Positions 39,575 to 49,708 of a stretch of DNA of 64,000 nucleotides are shown here, in pieces (within the stretch, counting starts at the first letter, position 1; each line of letters starts with the position of its first letter). A program made the translations under genes and the position numbers. Source of the DNA: Chloroflexota bacterium (GTDB taxonomy: Bacteria; Chloroflexota; Dehalococcoidia; Lucifugimonadales; Lucifugimonadaceae); assembly GCA_002730555.1 (NCBI GenBank), contig PCAM01000037.1, positions 85,630 through 149,629 of the forward strand, in the 5' to 3' direction. A model generated the notes under the pieces. That model ran no database searches. It was not told where the DNA came from and was given only the letters and a program-made list of their open reading frames with translations.

Positions 39575-40447
39575 TTGGGCCAGAAAACTCACCCGATAGG
39601 GTTCCGCCTCGGCGGGGTTCGCCAATGGCAGGCACGCTGGTTCGCCGATAAAGCGACCGGCTATCGCAATTTGGCCGTGGAAGACCAGGCCATACGAAAA
39701 CTTATCGCAGACCGTTACGAAGAGGCGGGCGGCATCACGCGCGTCGAGATCGAACGCGGCACGCAGGACCTCGTCGTCTCCGTGCACACCGCGCGCCCCG
39801 GCATCGTCATAGGCCGCGGCGGCCAGCGTGTGGACGAACTCCGCACGGAGCTGGAGCAGCTCACCGGCAAACGCGCCCGCCTGAACATTCAAGAGGTCCG
39901 TAACGCCGATGTGGACGCCTTCCTGGTAGCCCGGAACATCGCCGACCAGCTCGAGCGTCGTGTCGCTTACAGACGTGCGATGCGGCTCTCCGCACAACGG
40001 ACTATGCAGGCCGGCGCGCAGGGCATCAAGATCATCGCCTCCGGGCGACTGGGCGGAGCGGAGATCGCTCGCGCCGACAAGGCCATCGAGGGCCGGGTCC
40101 CGCTGCACACACTTCGTGCGGACATCGATTTCGCCATCGCCGAGGCTGCGACAACGTTCGGTCGCATCGGCATCAAGGTCTGGATCTACAAGGGCGATAT
40201 CCTCCCCGAAGGCCGCGCCGGCAGGACGCTCAACGTCGCAGACGTTGTGGCGGAGCAGGCAGCAGCCAGCGCCACCGCAGCGGAGTCAGCTTCTGTTGAA
40301 ACCGAATCTGAAGAGGAAGCGATGGCTGGCAGCGTTACGGTAGAGATCCCGGTAGAGGTAGCGGCGGCGGCCACAGAAACGGCCGTGGAAGAGACGCCCG
40401 AAGCGGAAACCGAATCCGGCGCATCAGACGAGAAGTCGGAGGCCTAA
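39575..40447 (+). CDS. rpsC: 30S ribosomal protein S3 (with Ala/Glu-rich C-terminal tail)
   Basis: GQKTHPIGFRLG, KH-domain GIVIGRGG. TTG start. About 70 extra acidic C-terminal residues. Confidence 0.93.
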   Translation: MGQKTHPIGFRLGGVRQWQARWFADKATGYRNLAVEDQAIRKLIADRYEEAGGITRVEIERGTQDLVVSVHTARPGIVIGRGGQRVDELRTELEQLTGKRARLNIQEVRNADVDAFLVARNIADQLERRVAYRRAMRLSAQRTMQAGAQGIKIIASGRLGGAEIARADKAIEGRVPLHTLRADIDFAIAEAATTFGRIGIKVWIYKGDILPEGRAGRTLNVADVVAEQAAASATAAESASVETESEEEAMAGSVTVEIPVEVAAAATETAVEETPEAETESGASDEKSEA

Positions 40448-40450
40448 ACG

Positions 40451-40867
40451 ATGCTTCAGCCAAAGAGGGTCAAGTACCGCAAGCACCACCGGGGCCGGAT
40501 GAACGGGTCGCCGCAGGCAGGTGCCTCATTGGAGTTCGGCGCGCTGGGCCTCAAGTCCATAGAAGCCGCCTGGCTGACTTCCCGTCAGATAGAGGCGGCT
40601 CGGCGAGCCATCGTTCACAAGTTGAACCGTGGCGGGCAGGTATGGATCCGGGTCTTCCCGGACAAATCCGTCACCGCCCGGCCCGCAGAGACCCGCATGG
40701 GCGGTGGCAAAGGCGCAGTGGACCACTGGGTCGCTGTCGTTCGCCGTGGCCGTGTGATGTTTGAGATCGGAGGCGTTCCGCTGGCACTGGCACGTGAGGC
40801 ACTCACAAGCGCCGGGCACAAGCTGCCGGTCCGTACAACTATCGTTTCCCGTGAGAACCTGGTTTAG
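40451..40867 (+). CDS. rplP: 50S ribosomal protein L16
   Basis: [17 protein letters not shown]...RMGGGKG. Confidence 0.95.
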   Translation: MLQPKRVKYRKHHRGRMNGSPQAGASLEFGALGLKSIEAAWLTSRQIEAARRAIVHKLNRGGQVWIRVFPDKSVTARPAETRMGGGKGAVDHWVAVVRRGRVMFEIGGVPLALAREALTSAGHKLPVRTTIVSRENLV

Positions 40868-40879
40868 ACGGAGATACAG

Positions 40880-41086
40880 GTGAATATTGACGAAGTAAGA
40901 GGGCTAAGCCACGACGAGCTCATAAAAGAGCTCGCCGATCAGCAGCGGGGGATGATGAATCTCCGGTTCCGGAAGGCCACGCTCCAGCTCCAAGACTCAA
41001 GTGAAATAAAGACCACGAGGCGCACCATCGCCCGGGTCCGGACGGTGCTGCGTGAACGCGAGATTGCTGAGGCACTTCAGAGTTGA
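40880..41086 (+). CDS. rpmC: 50S ribosomal protein L29
   Basis: 68 aa with LRFRKATLQL pattern. GTG start. Conserved position. Confidence 0.9.
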   Translation: MNIDEVRGLSHDELIKELADQQRGMMNLRFRKATLQLQDSSEIKTTRRTIARVRTVLREREIAEALQS

Positions 41087-41412
41087 CATCCGGTCTGCAA
41101 AAACAGAGGACGGGCACAGTCGTCAGCGACAAGATGGACAAGACCATTACGGTCGAGTTCTATTGGAGTCAGCGTGACCGGCTCATTGGAAAGTCGCGCC
41201 GTCGCGTGACCAGGTTCCTGGCCCATGACGAGAACAACCAAGCTCACCTGGGCGACGTCGTTCGCATCGAGGAGACACGCCCGCTTTCACGCCGAAAGCG
41301 CTGGCGGCTGATCGAAATCCTGCAGGTGGGTGACGTCGCAGATTTCCAGCCGTCCGAACTTTCGACGACGATCGAAACGACCGAAACCGAACAATCGACG
41401 GGGACCGAGTAA
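41083..41412 (+). CDS. rpsQ: 30S ribosomal protein S17
   Basis: RTGTVVSDKMDKTITV...RPLSRRKRW. Confidence 0.93.
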   Translation: MTSGLQKQRTGTVVSDKMDKTITVEFYWSQRDRLIGKSRRRVTRFLAHDENNQAHLGDVVRIEETRPLSRRKRWRLIEILQVGDVADFQPSELSTTIETTETEQSTGTE

Positions 41413-41781
41413 GTGATTCAGGTTCAATCGCGTTTGCGCGTAGCCGATAACTCCGGGGCCCGCGAGGTGATGTGTATTCACGTCGACGGCGGGAGCCGGC
41501 GCCGCTACGGCGGTCTCGGTGACGTGATTACTGCCGCCGTCAAAGAAGCAACCCCCGGCGGCACCGTGGAGATGCACGAGGTTGTAAAGGCCGTGATCGT
41601 CCGCGTCGCCAAGAACACGCGTCGCCCGGACGGTTCGTACATCAAGTTCGACGACAACGCCGTCGTCATCATCGGCGAGAGCCAGAACCCGCGTGGCACC
41701 CGCATCTTTGGCCCGGTGGCCAGGGAACTGCGGGAGCGTGACTACATGCGTATCGTTTCGCTCGCCCCGGAGGTGCTGTAG
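41413..41781 (+). CDS. rplN: 50S ribosomal protein L14
   Basis: [16 protein letters not shown]...GPVAREL. Confidence 0.95.
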   Translation: MIQVQSRLRVADNSGAREVMCIHVDGGSRRRYGGLGDVITAAVKEATPGGTVEMHEVVKAVIVRVAKNTRRPDGSYIKFDDNAVVIIGESQNPRGTRIFGPVARELRERDYMRIVSLAPEVL

Positions 41782-41783
41782 AT

Positions 41784-42095
41784 ATGGCACAGCGAATACG
41801 CCGGGGCGACCAAGTAAAGGTGATCGCGGGCAAAGACCGCGGCGCCAAAGGAGAGGTGGCGCGCGTGGACCGCAAGAAGGGCACCGTCGTCATTGACGGG
41901 GTCAACCTTGTGACACGGCACGTCAAGCAGCAGGCCGGTACGGCGCAGGCCGGGATCATCCGGCAAGAAGCGCCCATCCAGATCTCAAACGTGGCGTTCA
42001 TCGACCCAGAAACGGGCGAATCCGGCAGAGTCGGATTCCGTGTACTCGAAGACGGCACCAAGGTACGAATCGTAAGAGGTAGAAGTGAGTCCTGA
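41784..42095 (+). CDS. rplX: 50S ribosomal protein L24
   Basis: [16 protein letters not shown] (KOW motif). Confidence 0.93.
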   Translation: MAQRIRRGDQVKVIAGKDRGAKGEVARVDRKKGTVVIDGVNLVTRHVKQQAGTAQAGIIRQEAPIQISNVAFIDPETGESGRVGFRVLEDGTKVRIVRGRSES

Positions 42096-42666
42096 AGTCG
42101 CAGTGGCGGCGGAGCCCCGGCTCAAAGCCACCTATCGTGAAGACGTAACTCAGGCGATGCGGACCGAGTTCGGTTACTCGAACCCGATGCAGATACCGAG
42201 GCCGGTCAAAGTCGTTCTCAACATCGGCATCGGTGAGGCGCTGGACAACCGTAACGCGCTCGACGCCGCACTTGGCGATTTGACCACTATCGCTGGCCAG
42301 AAGCCAGTGATCCAACGCGCCAGGAAGTCCATCTCCAACTTCAAGCTCCGCGAGGGGATGCAGGTTGGTCTCACTGTCACGTTGCGCGGGCAGCGGATGT
42401 GGGACTTCCTTGACCGCCTCATCAACTTAACGCTGCCACGTGTCCGTGACTTTCACGGGATCTCACGGCGGTCGTTTGACGGGCGCGGCAACTACTCCCT
42501 TGGCATCCGGGAACAGATCGTGTTTCCGGAGATCGACTACAATCTAATCGACCGGCTACGCGGCCTCCAGGTCAACATCGTGACCTCCGCCAACACGGAT
42601 GAAGAGGGCCGCCGGATGCTAGAGCTTCTCGGCATGCCCTTCGAGCGGGTCGAAGACGCCGCGTAG
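42085..42666 (+). CDS. rplE: 50S ribosomal protein L5
   Basis: [11 protein letters not shown]..., NIGIGEA, FPEIDY. GTG start with AGAGG 5 nt upstream. Overlaps rplX by 11 nt. Confidence 0.92.
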   Translation: MSPEVAVAAEPRLKATYREDVTQAMRTEFGYSNPMQIPRPVKVVLNIGIGEALDNRNALDAALGDLTTIAGQKPVIQRARKSISNFKLREGMQVGLTVTLRGQRMWDFLDRLINLTLPRVRDFHGISRRSFDGRGNYSLGIREQIVFPEIDYNLIDRLRGLQVNIVTSANTDEEGRRMLELLGMPFERVEDAA

Positions 42667-42707
42667 CTCTTTCGGTTTTACCCTTTTAGTAAATCTGGGA
42701 ATCCCAT

Positions 42708-42917
42708 TTGGCTAAGAAAACAAAAGTAGAGAAGTGGAAGCGCCACAAGCGCGAGTTGGCGACGGGCACGATGAAGTACCCGGTGCAGTTCCACAACAGG
42801 TGTGAGAGATGTGGACGGCCGCGCGGCTACATCCGATTCGTCGGAATGTGCCGCATATGTTTCCGTTCGCTGGCCCTCAGGGGTGAGCTTCCCGGAATCA
42901 GGAAGGCGAGCCTCTAA
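42708..42917 (+). CDS. rpsN: 30S ribosomal protein S14 type Z (zinc-binding)
   Basis: CERCGRPRG...CRICFR (Cys4). TTG start. Ends KASL rather than the usual KASW. Confidence 0.9.
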   Translation: MAKKTKVEKWKRHKRELATGTMKYPVQFHNRCERCGRPRGYIRFVGMCRICFRSLALRGELPGIRKASL

Positions 42918-43044
42918 CACGTGACCCGGTCCCGTCCCGCCGTGTGGCGGCCAGCGGTTATCGCCGGAAGGTGTCACGTGCTGTCCCTCAGGAAGGGCGG
43001 CCCGGACGGCAAACCAACGGTGTAGCAAGAAGCAGGAACAGAGA

Positions 43045-43449
43045 ATGCCCTTAACCGATCCGATATCAGACATGTTGACTAGGGTGCGAAACGCCATCCA
43101 GGTGAGACATGAATCCGTCCTAGTCCCCGCTTCCAAAACGAAGCGGTCCCTGGCCCGGATGTTGCAGCGTGAAGGTTTCATTGCCTCCGTCGAGATTGAA
43201 GAGGCGGAAGGCAAGAAACAGCCCATGATGAAGCTCGGCCTCAAGTACTACGAGGACGAATCACCGGTCATCACGGGCTTGAAGCGCGTCAGTAAACCCG
43301 GGCTCCGGGTCTACGTCGGTCGACGGGAGATTCCTCGCTACTTCGGTGGCCTCGGCGTGTCGTTTGTCTCGACATCCGCTGGCGTTATGACCGGGCGCGA
43401 GGCCTGGCGACGCGGCATCGGCGGCGAGCTCTTGTTCTACGTTTGGTAA
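43045..43449 (+). CDS. rpsH: 30S ribosomal protein S8
   Basis: DPISDMLTRVRNA...GGELLFYVW. Confidence 0.95.
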   Translation: MPLTDPISDMLTRVRNAIQVRHESVLVPASKTKRSLARMLQREGFIASVEIEEAEGKKQPMMKLGLKYYEDESPVITGLKRVSKPGLRVYVGRREIPRYFGGLGVSFVSTSAGVMTGREAWRRGIGGELLFYVW

Positions 43450-43467
43450 GGGCAGGAGTACGTAACG

Positions 43468-44013
43468 ATGAGCAGAATTGGTGGAGCCCCCATCCCGGTC
43501 CCGTCAGGCGTCGACGTCAAAATCGATGGTTCTGCGGTCTCGGTCAAGGGCGGCAACGGCGAACTCAACTTCGAATTCCATGACGCCATGTCTATCGTCC
43601 TGGAAGACGGGGTCCTCACGGTCTCCCGCCCCTCCGACGAACCGAAGCACCGTGCCCTGCACGGACTGACCCGCTCCCTCTTGAACAACATGGTGGTCGG
43701 CGTGTCAGATGGTTACGAGCGTGCACTTGATCTGATCGGCACCGGCTACCGGGTTCAGCAGAACGGCAAGGGCATCACGCTCCAGCTCGGATTCAGCCAC
43801 CCGGTTGAGGTCCAGCCACTGGGCGGCATCACGCTGGAAGCGGACGGACAGGTGCGCGTCGTCGTAAAGGGCGCGGACAAACAGGCCGTGGGCCACCAAG
43901 CCGCAGTCATTCGCAAGCTCCGGCCGCCAAACGCCTACACCGGCAAGGGCGTGCGCTACGCCGGTGAACAGATCCACCTCAAGCCCGGCAAGAGTGCCGC
44001 CAGGGCGGAATAA
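43468..44013 (+). CDS. rplF: 50S ribosomal protein L6
   Basis: [17 protein letters not shown]...[11 protein letters not shown]. Confidence 0.95.
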   Translation: MSRIGGAPIPVPSGVDVKIDGSAVSVKGGNGELNFEFHDAMSIVLEDGVLTVSRPSDEPKHRALHGLTRSLLNNMVVGVSDGYERALDLIGTGYRVQQNGKGITLQLGFSHPVEVQPLGGITLEADGQVRVVVKGADKQAVGHQAAVIRKLRPPNAYTGKGVRYAGEQIHLKPGKSAARAE

Positions 44014-44018
44014 TCAAG

Positions 44019-44387
44019 ATGCCAAGTAAGAAGCTCCACCAGTCAAGGCGTGAGATGCGCCACACTCGGCTGCGCAAGAAATTGGCCGGCACAAGAGAGC
44101 GGCCGCGGCTGGCTGTGTTCCGCAGTAATCACCACATCTATGCGCAGGTGATCGACGATTCAGCCGGGCACACCCTGGTTACGGCGTCAACGCTTGACCC
44201 GGATTTCAAGAGTCAGCCGTCTTCCGACGGCAAGATCGATAGTGCGACCGCGGTCGGTACATCGATCGCCCAAAAGGCAAAAGATGCCGGAATCGAACGC
44301 GTGGTGTTCGATCGCGGCGGATATGCGTACCACGGACGTGTGAAGGCGCTCGCAGAAGCGGCCCGCGAAGTGGGTCTGGAGTTTTAG
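44019..44387 (+). CDS. rplR: 50S ribosomal protein L18
   Basis: [20 protein letters not shown]...[17 protein letters not shown]. Confidence 0.95.
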   Translation: MPSKKLHQSRREMRHTRLRKKLAGTRERPRLAVFRSNHHIYAQVIDDSAGHTLVTASTLDPDFKSQPSSDGKIDSATAVGTSIAQKAKDAGIERVVFDRGGYAYHGRVKALAEAAREVGLEF

Positions 44388-45086
44388 ATGACTCAGCAAG
44401 ACAGGCCGGGTGGACCACCCGGAGCAGGTGGCGGTGGCCGTGGTCGTGGGGGCCGAGGCGGTCGTGGCGGACCCGGTGACAATCGCGGCCGTGGCGGACC
44501 GGGCGACCGCGGCCGGGGCCGTGGGCCCCGGCGTGACCGCCCCCAAGAACGGGAAGATTCAGGCCTCGAAGAACGCGTAATCAAGATTCGACGCGTCTCC
44601 AAGGTCGTTAAAGGTGGTCGTCACCTGAGCTTCAATGCGCTCGTGGTTGTCGGCGACAGTGAAGGCAAGGTCGGGATGAGCCTCGGCAAGGCCGGGGCCG
44701 TCCCGGACGCGGTCCGCAAGGGCACCGCCGGCGCCAAGCGTGAGATGAAGCCCGTCGTACTTAACGGCACCACCCTGCCGCACGAGATAACGGCCAAGTT
44801 TGGCGGCGCCAAGGTGCTGCTCAGGCCGGCCGCTCCCGGTACCGGCATCATCGCCGGTGGCGGTGTTCGGGCCGTCATGGAGGTCGTGGGCGTCAAAGAC
44901 GTTCTGTCAAAGACGTTCGGCTCCAATAACACGCTGAATATCGTACGCGCCACGCTGCTCGCACTGAGCCAGTTGCGTGACCCGAAGGCCGAGTATGCCC
45001 GTCGCATGGGCATCGACAACTCGGCTCCGACCCCGCAGCCCGATCCGGTCGCAGTGGCGGTCGCGTCGGCGGCAGTGGCGGAGTAA
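44388..45086 (+). CDS. rpsE: 30S ribosomal protein S5 (with Gly/Arg-rich N-terminal extension)
   Basis: Core RVSKVVKGGRHLSFNALVVVGD...GTGIIAGG. Preceded by about 50 aa of RGG/GRG repeats, and followed by an Ala/Pro-rich C-terminal tail. Confidence 0.93.
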   Translation: MTQQDRPGGPPGAGGGGRGRGGRGGRGGPGDNRGRGGPGDRGRGRGPRRDRPQEREDSGLEERVIKIRRVSKVVKGGRHLSFNALVVVGDSEGKVGMSLGKAGAVPDAVRKGTAGAKREMKPVVLNGTTLPHEITAKFGGAKVLLRPAAPGTGIIAGGGVRAVMEVVGVKDVLSKTFGSNNTLNIVRATLLALSQLRDPKAEYARRMGIDNSAPTPQPDPVAVAVASAAVAE

Positions 45087-45089
45087 GCC

Positions 45090-45272
45090 ATGGGCGACCT
45101 TCGTATCATTCAGATCAGAAGCAAGATCGGCTACCCGCAGGATCAGAGGGCGACACTGCAGTCCCTCGGCCTTCGCAAGATCCGTCAGCAGGTGATCCGG
45201 CCGGACAACCCCGCAGTGCGCGGGATGATCCACAAAGTTCGGCATCTCATAACTGTGGAAGAAGCTGAGTAG
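45090..45272 (+). CDS. rpmD: 50S ribosomal protein L30
   Basis: 60 aa with LRIIQIRS.IG....R.TL.SLGLRKI pattern. Confidence 0.9.
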   Translation: MGDLRIIQIRSKIGYPQDQRATLQSLGLRKIRQQVIRPDNPAVRGMIHKVRHLITVEEAE

Positions 45273-45316
45273 AAACTCGCCTCCTAGAAATCAACGATTG
45301 CAGGTAATTTAGGCAA

Positions 45317-45757
45317 ATGGGATTACACGACCTCAAGCCCGCTCCCGGTTCGGCCCGTCCTCGACGACGCGTCGGGCGGGGCGATGGCAGCGGCCGCGGC
45401 ACCTACTCCACCCGCGGTTCCAAGGGCCAGAAACAACGCACGAGTATAAAACCGTTCTTTGAAGGCGGTCAGTTGCCGCTCGTGAAGCGCCTGCCTTACA
45501 TGCGGGGCTTCAACAACAAGTGGCGGACCGAGTTCGTTCCAGTCAACGTGTCACGGCTTGATGTGTTTGAGGCCGACTCGGAAGTGGGTCCCGCCGAGCT
45601 CGCATCGGTCGGCATCATCACAAAGGCCGGCGAGAAAATCAAAATCCTGGGAGATGGTGAGATATCTGCGTCCCTCCAGGTCAGCGCGCACGGGTTCAGT
45701 AAATCTGCACGGACAAAGATCGAAGCTGCCGGCGGCAGCGTAGTCGTAATAGATTAG
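45317..45757 (+). CDS. rplO: 50S ribosomal protein L15
   Basis: LHDLKPAPGS...GRGTYSTRGSKGQK...FEGGQLPL. Confidence 0.93.
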   Translation: MGLHDLKPAPGSARPRRRVGRGDGSGRGTYSTRGSKGQKQRTSIKPFFEGGQLPLVKRLPYMRGFNNKWRTEFVPVNVSRLDVFEADSEVGPAELASVGIITKAGEKIKILGDGEISASLQVSAHGFSKSARTKIEAAGGSVVVID

Positions 45758-45800
45758 CTATTGCTGACTTCCGTGGATTTGCCAGGGTGAAGGTGCGTCG

Positions 45801-47171
45801 TTGATCCGAGAAGCGCAAGCACAAAGAGCAGAATCGACCCGTCCCGCCTTACTTCAGGCGGTGATCGACTCGATGCGGATCCCGGACCTCCGGTCCCGGA
45901 TCCTGTTTACGCTGGCGATTTTGATTGTTTTCCGGTTCACCGCGCACCTCCCGGTGCCCGGTGTGGACCGCGACGCGCTGGCGGCCGCATTTGAAGCCAG
46001 CCCGCTACTGGGCTTCCTTGATCTGTTCAGCGGGGGGGCGCTCAGGAACCTGAGTGTCGCCGCACTTGGTGTTTATCCGTACATCACGGCGTCGATCATC
46101 ATCCAGATCATGACGCCGCTCATCCCGTCACTGAAAGAGCTTTCGGCGGAGGGCCAGTACGGCCGCCAGAAGATCAACCAGCTCACGCACTATCTGACGG
46201 TCCCGATCGCCATCTTGCAAGGCTACGGCCAGTTGAACCTGCTGCAGAGCGGCGGGCTCGGTGGTATCCATGGCGGGGCGATCGGTGGCATCGGGCTTGG
46301 CAGCGGGGAGCTGCTCGGCACGCTCGCCATTTTGAGCGCTTTTGTCGCCGGAACACTGTTCTTAGTGTGGTTGGGCGAGTTGATCACTGAGAAGGGCATC
46401 GGAAACGGTATATCGCTGATTATTTTCGCAGGAATCGTCTCTACGTTGCCCCAGATAGTTGGCCAGAGCGTGCTGATCAGAGATCAGGGATTCCAGCTGT
46501 TAATGCTGGGCGTCATAACGCTTGCGATGATCTACTTCATCGTGGTGTTCAACGAGGCGCAACGCAGGATTCCCGTTCAGTATGGTCGCAATATCTTCCG
46601 TGGCGGGAGGATGTACCGGCAGGCGGGTGCCACGCATATACCTTTACGCGTCAACTCCGCGGGCATGATCCCACTGATCTTCGCGTTCTCGATCTTGATC
46701 CTGCCGCCCACCCTCGCCAGCTACTTTGCGGACCCGGCGAGCGATAGCTTTGTCGCAAACATGTCAGCGTTCTTTACCGACGCGCTGAGCCCGACGAGCC
46801 TGTTCTACTGGATCCTAGTCTTCATCATGGTCGTGGTGTTCACCTTTTTCTACGCGCTCGTCACGTTCAATCAACAGAACCTGGCGGAGAACCTGCAGAA
46901 GAACGGCGGGTTCGTGCCGGGCATTCGGCCGGGCAAGCCGACGCACGACTACCTCATGCGCGTGATCTTCCGTATCACGTGGGGCGGCGCCGTATTCCTC
47001 GGGTTGATCGCCATCATGCCGTACCTAGCCGGCCAAGTAACGAGTGTAGCCGCGTCGACGAGCATCGTCAGCGCGACCAGCCTTTTGATCATGGTCGGCG
47101 TGGCGCTGGACACGATGCGGCAGCTTGAAGCTCAGTTGCTCATGCGTAACTACGAAGGCTTCATCCGCTAG
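45801..47171 (+). CDS. secY: preprotein translocase subunit SecY
   Basis: 456 aa, 10-TM pattern, LRSRILFTLAILIVFRF...PGV, GELITEKGIGNGISL. TTG start. Confidence 0.93.
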   Translation: MIREAQAQRAESTRPALLQAVIDSMRIPDLRSRILFTLAILIVFRFTAHLPVPGVDRDALAAAFEASPLLGFLDLFSGGALRNLSVAALGVYPYITASIIIQIMTPLIPSLKELSAEGQYGRQKINQLTHYLTVPIAILQGYGQLNLLQSGGLGGIHGGAIGGIGLGSGELLGTLAILSAFVAGTLFLVWLGELITEKGIGNGISLIIFAGIVSTLPQIVGQSVLIRDQGFQLLMLGVITLAMIYFIVVFNEAQRRIPVQYGRNIFRGGRMYRQAGATHIPLRVNSAGMIPLIFAFSILILPPTLASYFADPASDSFVANMSAFFTDALSPTSLFYWILVFIMVVVFTFFYALVTFNQQNLAENLQKNGGFVPGIRPGKPTHDYLMRVIFRITWGGAVFLGLIAIMPYLAGQVTSVAASTSIVSATSLLIMVGVALDTMRQLEAQLLMRNYEGFIR

Positions 47172-47205
47172 TTCCACCCCGACTCAGTTCAAAGGCACAC
47201 ACCGT

Positions 47206-47844
47206 TTGCTCATCGTATTTCTTGGGGCGCCCGGCGCAGGCAAGGGCACACAGGCCAAGGCTCTTGCAGGGGAAAAGACCCTGACTCACCTCGCGACAGG
47301 TGATCTGCTTCGCGTAGAGGTCGCGGCGGGATCGGAACTGGGACTTGCCGCCAGGGCGTTCATGGACCGAGGTGACCTGGTGCCGGACGACGTGATGATC
47401 GGGATGATTCAGCGCCGATTGGAGTCTCCGGGCTCCGACGGCATCGTGCTGGACGGTTTTCCGCGCACGGTGGCGCAGGCACGGGCGCTGGATGAGGCGC
47501 TTGCCGCCGACGGCACAAGCGTGGACCGGTCTATCTATTTCGAGGTCTCAGAGAAGGAGCTTGTTAGGCGGCTTGCCGGCCGCGCCACCTGCTCCGATTG
47601 CCAGCGGGCATACCATGACACGTTCAACCCACCGAAGAACAGCGAGGCGTGCGACGACTGTGGCACGGAGCTGATCCGGCGTGAGGACGACAAGCCTGAA
47701 GCGGTGCTTAACCGCCTCAAGGTGTATGAAACGCAGACCACGCCGGTCCTCGATCACTACAGGACCATGGGAAAGCTGGTGACGGTCGATGGAGAACAGT
47801 CGATCGACGCCGTACAGAAAGACCTGGCCGGGGCGGTCGGGTAG
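47206..47844 (+). CDS. adk: adenylate kinase (Cys4 zinc-lid type)
   Basis: LIVFLGAPGAGKGTQA, and a CSDC...CDDC lid. The ORF-track start overlaps secY, so I trimmed to TTG 47206, which follows the secY stop and has AAAGG upstream. Confidence 0.9.
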   Translation: MLIVFLGAPGAGKGTQAKALAGEKTLTHLATGDLLRVEVAAGSELGLAARAFMDRGDLVPDDVMIGMIQRRLESPGSDGIVLDGFPRTVAQARALDEALAADGTSVDRSIYFEVSEKELVRRLAGRATCSDCQRAYHDTFNPPKNSEACDDCGTELIRREDDKPEAVLNRLKVYETQTTPVLDHYRTMGKLVTVDGEQSIDAVQKDLAGAVG

Positions 47845-47964
47845 CTCTTCGTTGACAGCCATTTGGGGGACCCATCTGGTACGTGCGGCGAAGCCAGGCT
47901 TGAGCTATAATCTCTAGGAGCATCCTTGAACCTCGGCTCAACTCTCGGCTCAGAATCGGATCCA

Positions 47965-48738
47965 ATGTTTCGGGTACCGACGATTAAGTCAGCCCGCGAA
48001 TTGGACTCAATGCGCGCGGCCGGGAGAGTTGTCGCGGCGGTAAGAGAACGGCTCATTGAAGTCTTGGAACCCGGGGTGACCACGGGTTACCTGGATAAAG
48101 AAGCCCAGAAGGTGATATCGGACAGAGGCGCCGAGCCATCATTTCTCGGGTATGCGCCAAGCCCGGGTACGATTCCGTTTCCGGGCGTGATCTGTACCTC
48201 CTTGAACGAGGAGATAGTCCACGGGATCCCGGGCGACCGGGTGATCCAGGACGGTGATCTGGTGAAACTGGACATCGGCGCGGTTGTCGATGGTTTCCAT
48301 GGCGACTCGGCGATAACGCTGATAGCCGGCGACGGGGATGAGAAGAAAAAAGAGCTGGTCGAGGTCACTCGGAGGGCTCTGCAACAGGGGATTCTGGCGG
48401 CCATACCGGGCGCCAGGGTCGGCGACATATCCGCCGCAGTGGAGGGTTACGTAAGGCCTCTGGGATTTGAACTAGTCAGGGAGTACACGGGACACGGAAT
48501 AGGCCGGCGGCTGCACGAAGCGCCGCAAATCCCAAACGTAGGAGTCGGCGGGCAGGGGCCGCAGCTTCGCGTCGGGATGGTTATCTGCATAGAACCGATG
48601 GTCAACCTTGGCACGTGGAGGACGGAAGCCCTCGATGATGGCTGGACGGTTGTGACGGCGGATAGAAAACTTTCGGCGCATTTTGAGCACACCCTGGCGA
48701 TCACACCGGAAGGTCCGGAAGTTTTGACGGCCCTTTAA
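47965..48738 (+). CDS. map: type I methionine aminopeptidase
   Basis: [39 protein letters not shown]. Start trimmed to ATG 47965. Confidence 0.92.
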   Translation: MFRVPTIKSARELDSMRAAGRVVAAVRERLIEVLEPGVTTGYLDKEAQKVISDRGAEPSFLGYAPSPGTIPFPGVICTSLNEEIVHGIPGDRVIQDGDLVKLDIGAVVDGFHGDSAITLIAGDGDEKKKELVEVTRRALQQGILAAIPGARVGDISAAVEGYVRPLGFELVREYTGHGIGRRLHEAPQIPNVGVGGQGPQLRVGMVICIEPMVNLGTWRTEALDDGWTVVTADRKLSAHFEHTLAITPEGPEVLTAL

Positions 48739-48763
48739 GCGGAACACCGGGAACGGAGAAAAT

Positions 48764-48982
48764 TTGGCGAAGAAGGAAGGCATCGAAGTAGAGGGCACGG
48801 TTACAGAGGCACTCCCCAACGCGAACTTTCGCGTGGAGCTCCCGACCGGGCACAAGGTACTGGCGCACGCATCCGGAAAGATCCGGTTGAATTTCATCCG
48901 GGTTCTGCCGGGCGACAGGGTGCTGGTTGAGCTCTCTCCTTATGACCTAACCCGTGGCCGGATCACCTACCGGTTTAAGTAG
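48764..48982 (+). CDS. infA: translation initiation factor IF-1
   Basis: [30 protein letters not shown]...[26 protein letters not shown] start. Confidence 0.95.
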   Translation: MAKKEGIEVEGTVTEALPNANFRVELPTGHKVLAHASGKIRLNFIRVLPGDRVLVELSPYDLTRGRITYRFK

Positions 48983-49021
48983 ACCGGTAGGCGTCAAGCC
49001 GTCTGGGGCAGGTACAAAAAT

Positions 49022-49135
49022 ATGAAAGTAAGAGCATCCGTAAAACGTCGTTGCGCTAACTGCAAGGTGATCCGACGCAAGGGAACGATCCGCGTTCTGT
49101 GCAGCAACGGGCGGCACAAACAACGCCAGGGTTAA
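49022..49135 (+). CDS. rpmJ: 50S ribosomal protein L36
   Basis: Not in the ORF track because it is under 60 aa. My translation is [37 protein letters not shown] (37 aa), in the expected slot between infA and rpsM. Confidence 0.92.
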   Translation: MKVRASVKRRCANCKVIRRKGTIRVLCSNGRHKQRQG

Positions 49136-49242
49136 TTTCTCCACATTGAGGCGGGCACGACAGGCGCCTGGAGCAACCTCGCCGCCAGAACCCGGGTCAC
49201 CCCCGAATTTCCAGGTTTTTGAAGGTTTAAGGAACATCGCAC

Positions 49243-49623
49243 ATGGCACTCGTCGCTGGAGTGAACATACCGGACAACAAGCGGGTCGATATCTCGTTGC
49301 AGACCGTTTACGGCGTAGGCCCGGCTGTGGCCAAGCGCGTTGTGGAAGAGGCAGCGCTTCCCGGCAACCCGCGTGTCCGTGAGCTCAGCGAGGAGGAGCT
49401 CAACCGGCTCCGTGGCGCCCTTGACCGCAGCGGAGCGATCATCGAAGGAGACCTCCGCCGAGAGGTCCAGATGAACGTGCGCCGGTTGATCGATATCGGA
49501 AGCTACCGTGGCCTGCGCCACCGGCGCGGCCTACCGGCACGCGGACAGCGCACAAAGACGAACGCTAGGACCAAACGCGGACGCCGACGTGCGATCGCCA
49601 ACAAGAAGAAGGTCGGCCACTAA
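49243..49623 (+). CDS. rpsM: 30S ribosomal protein S13
   Basis: MALVAGVNIPDNKRV...YRGLRHRRGLPARGQRTKTNAR. Confidence 0.95.
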   Translation: MALVAGVNIPDNKRVDISLQTVYGVGPAVAKRVVEEAALPGNPRVRELSEEELNRLRGALDRSGAIIEGDLRREVQMNVRRLIDIGSYRGLRHRRGLPARGQRTKTNARTKRGRRRAIANKKKVGH

Positions 49624-49708
49624 GCCACCATCCGCTTTTGAGCGGCTATCAGACGGTACCTACGGGATCCCTCAATTGAAATAAGGACCGGCGCCGGCGC
49701 ACCAGCGT

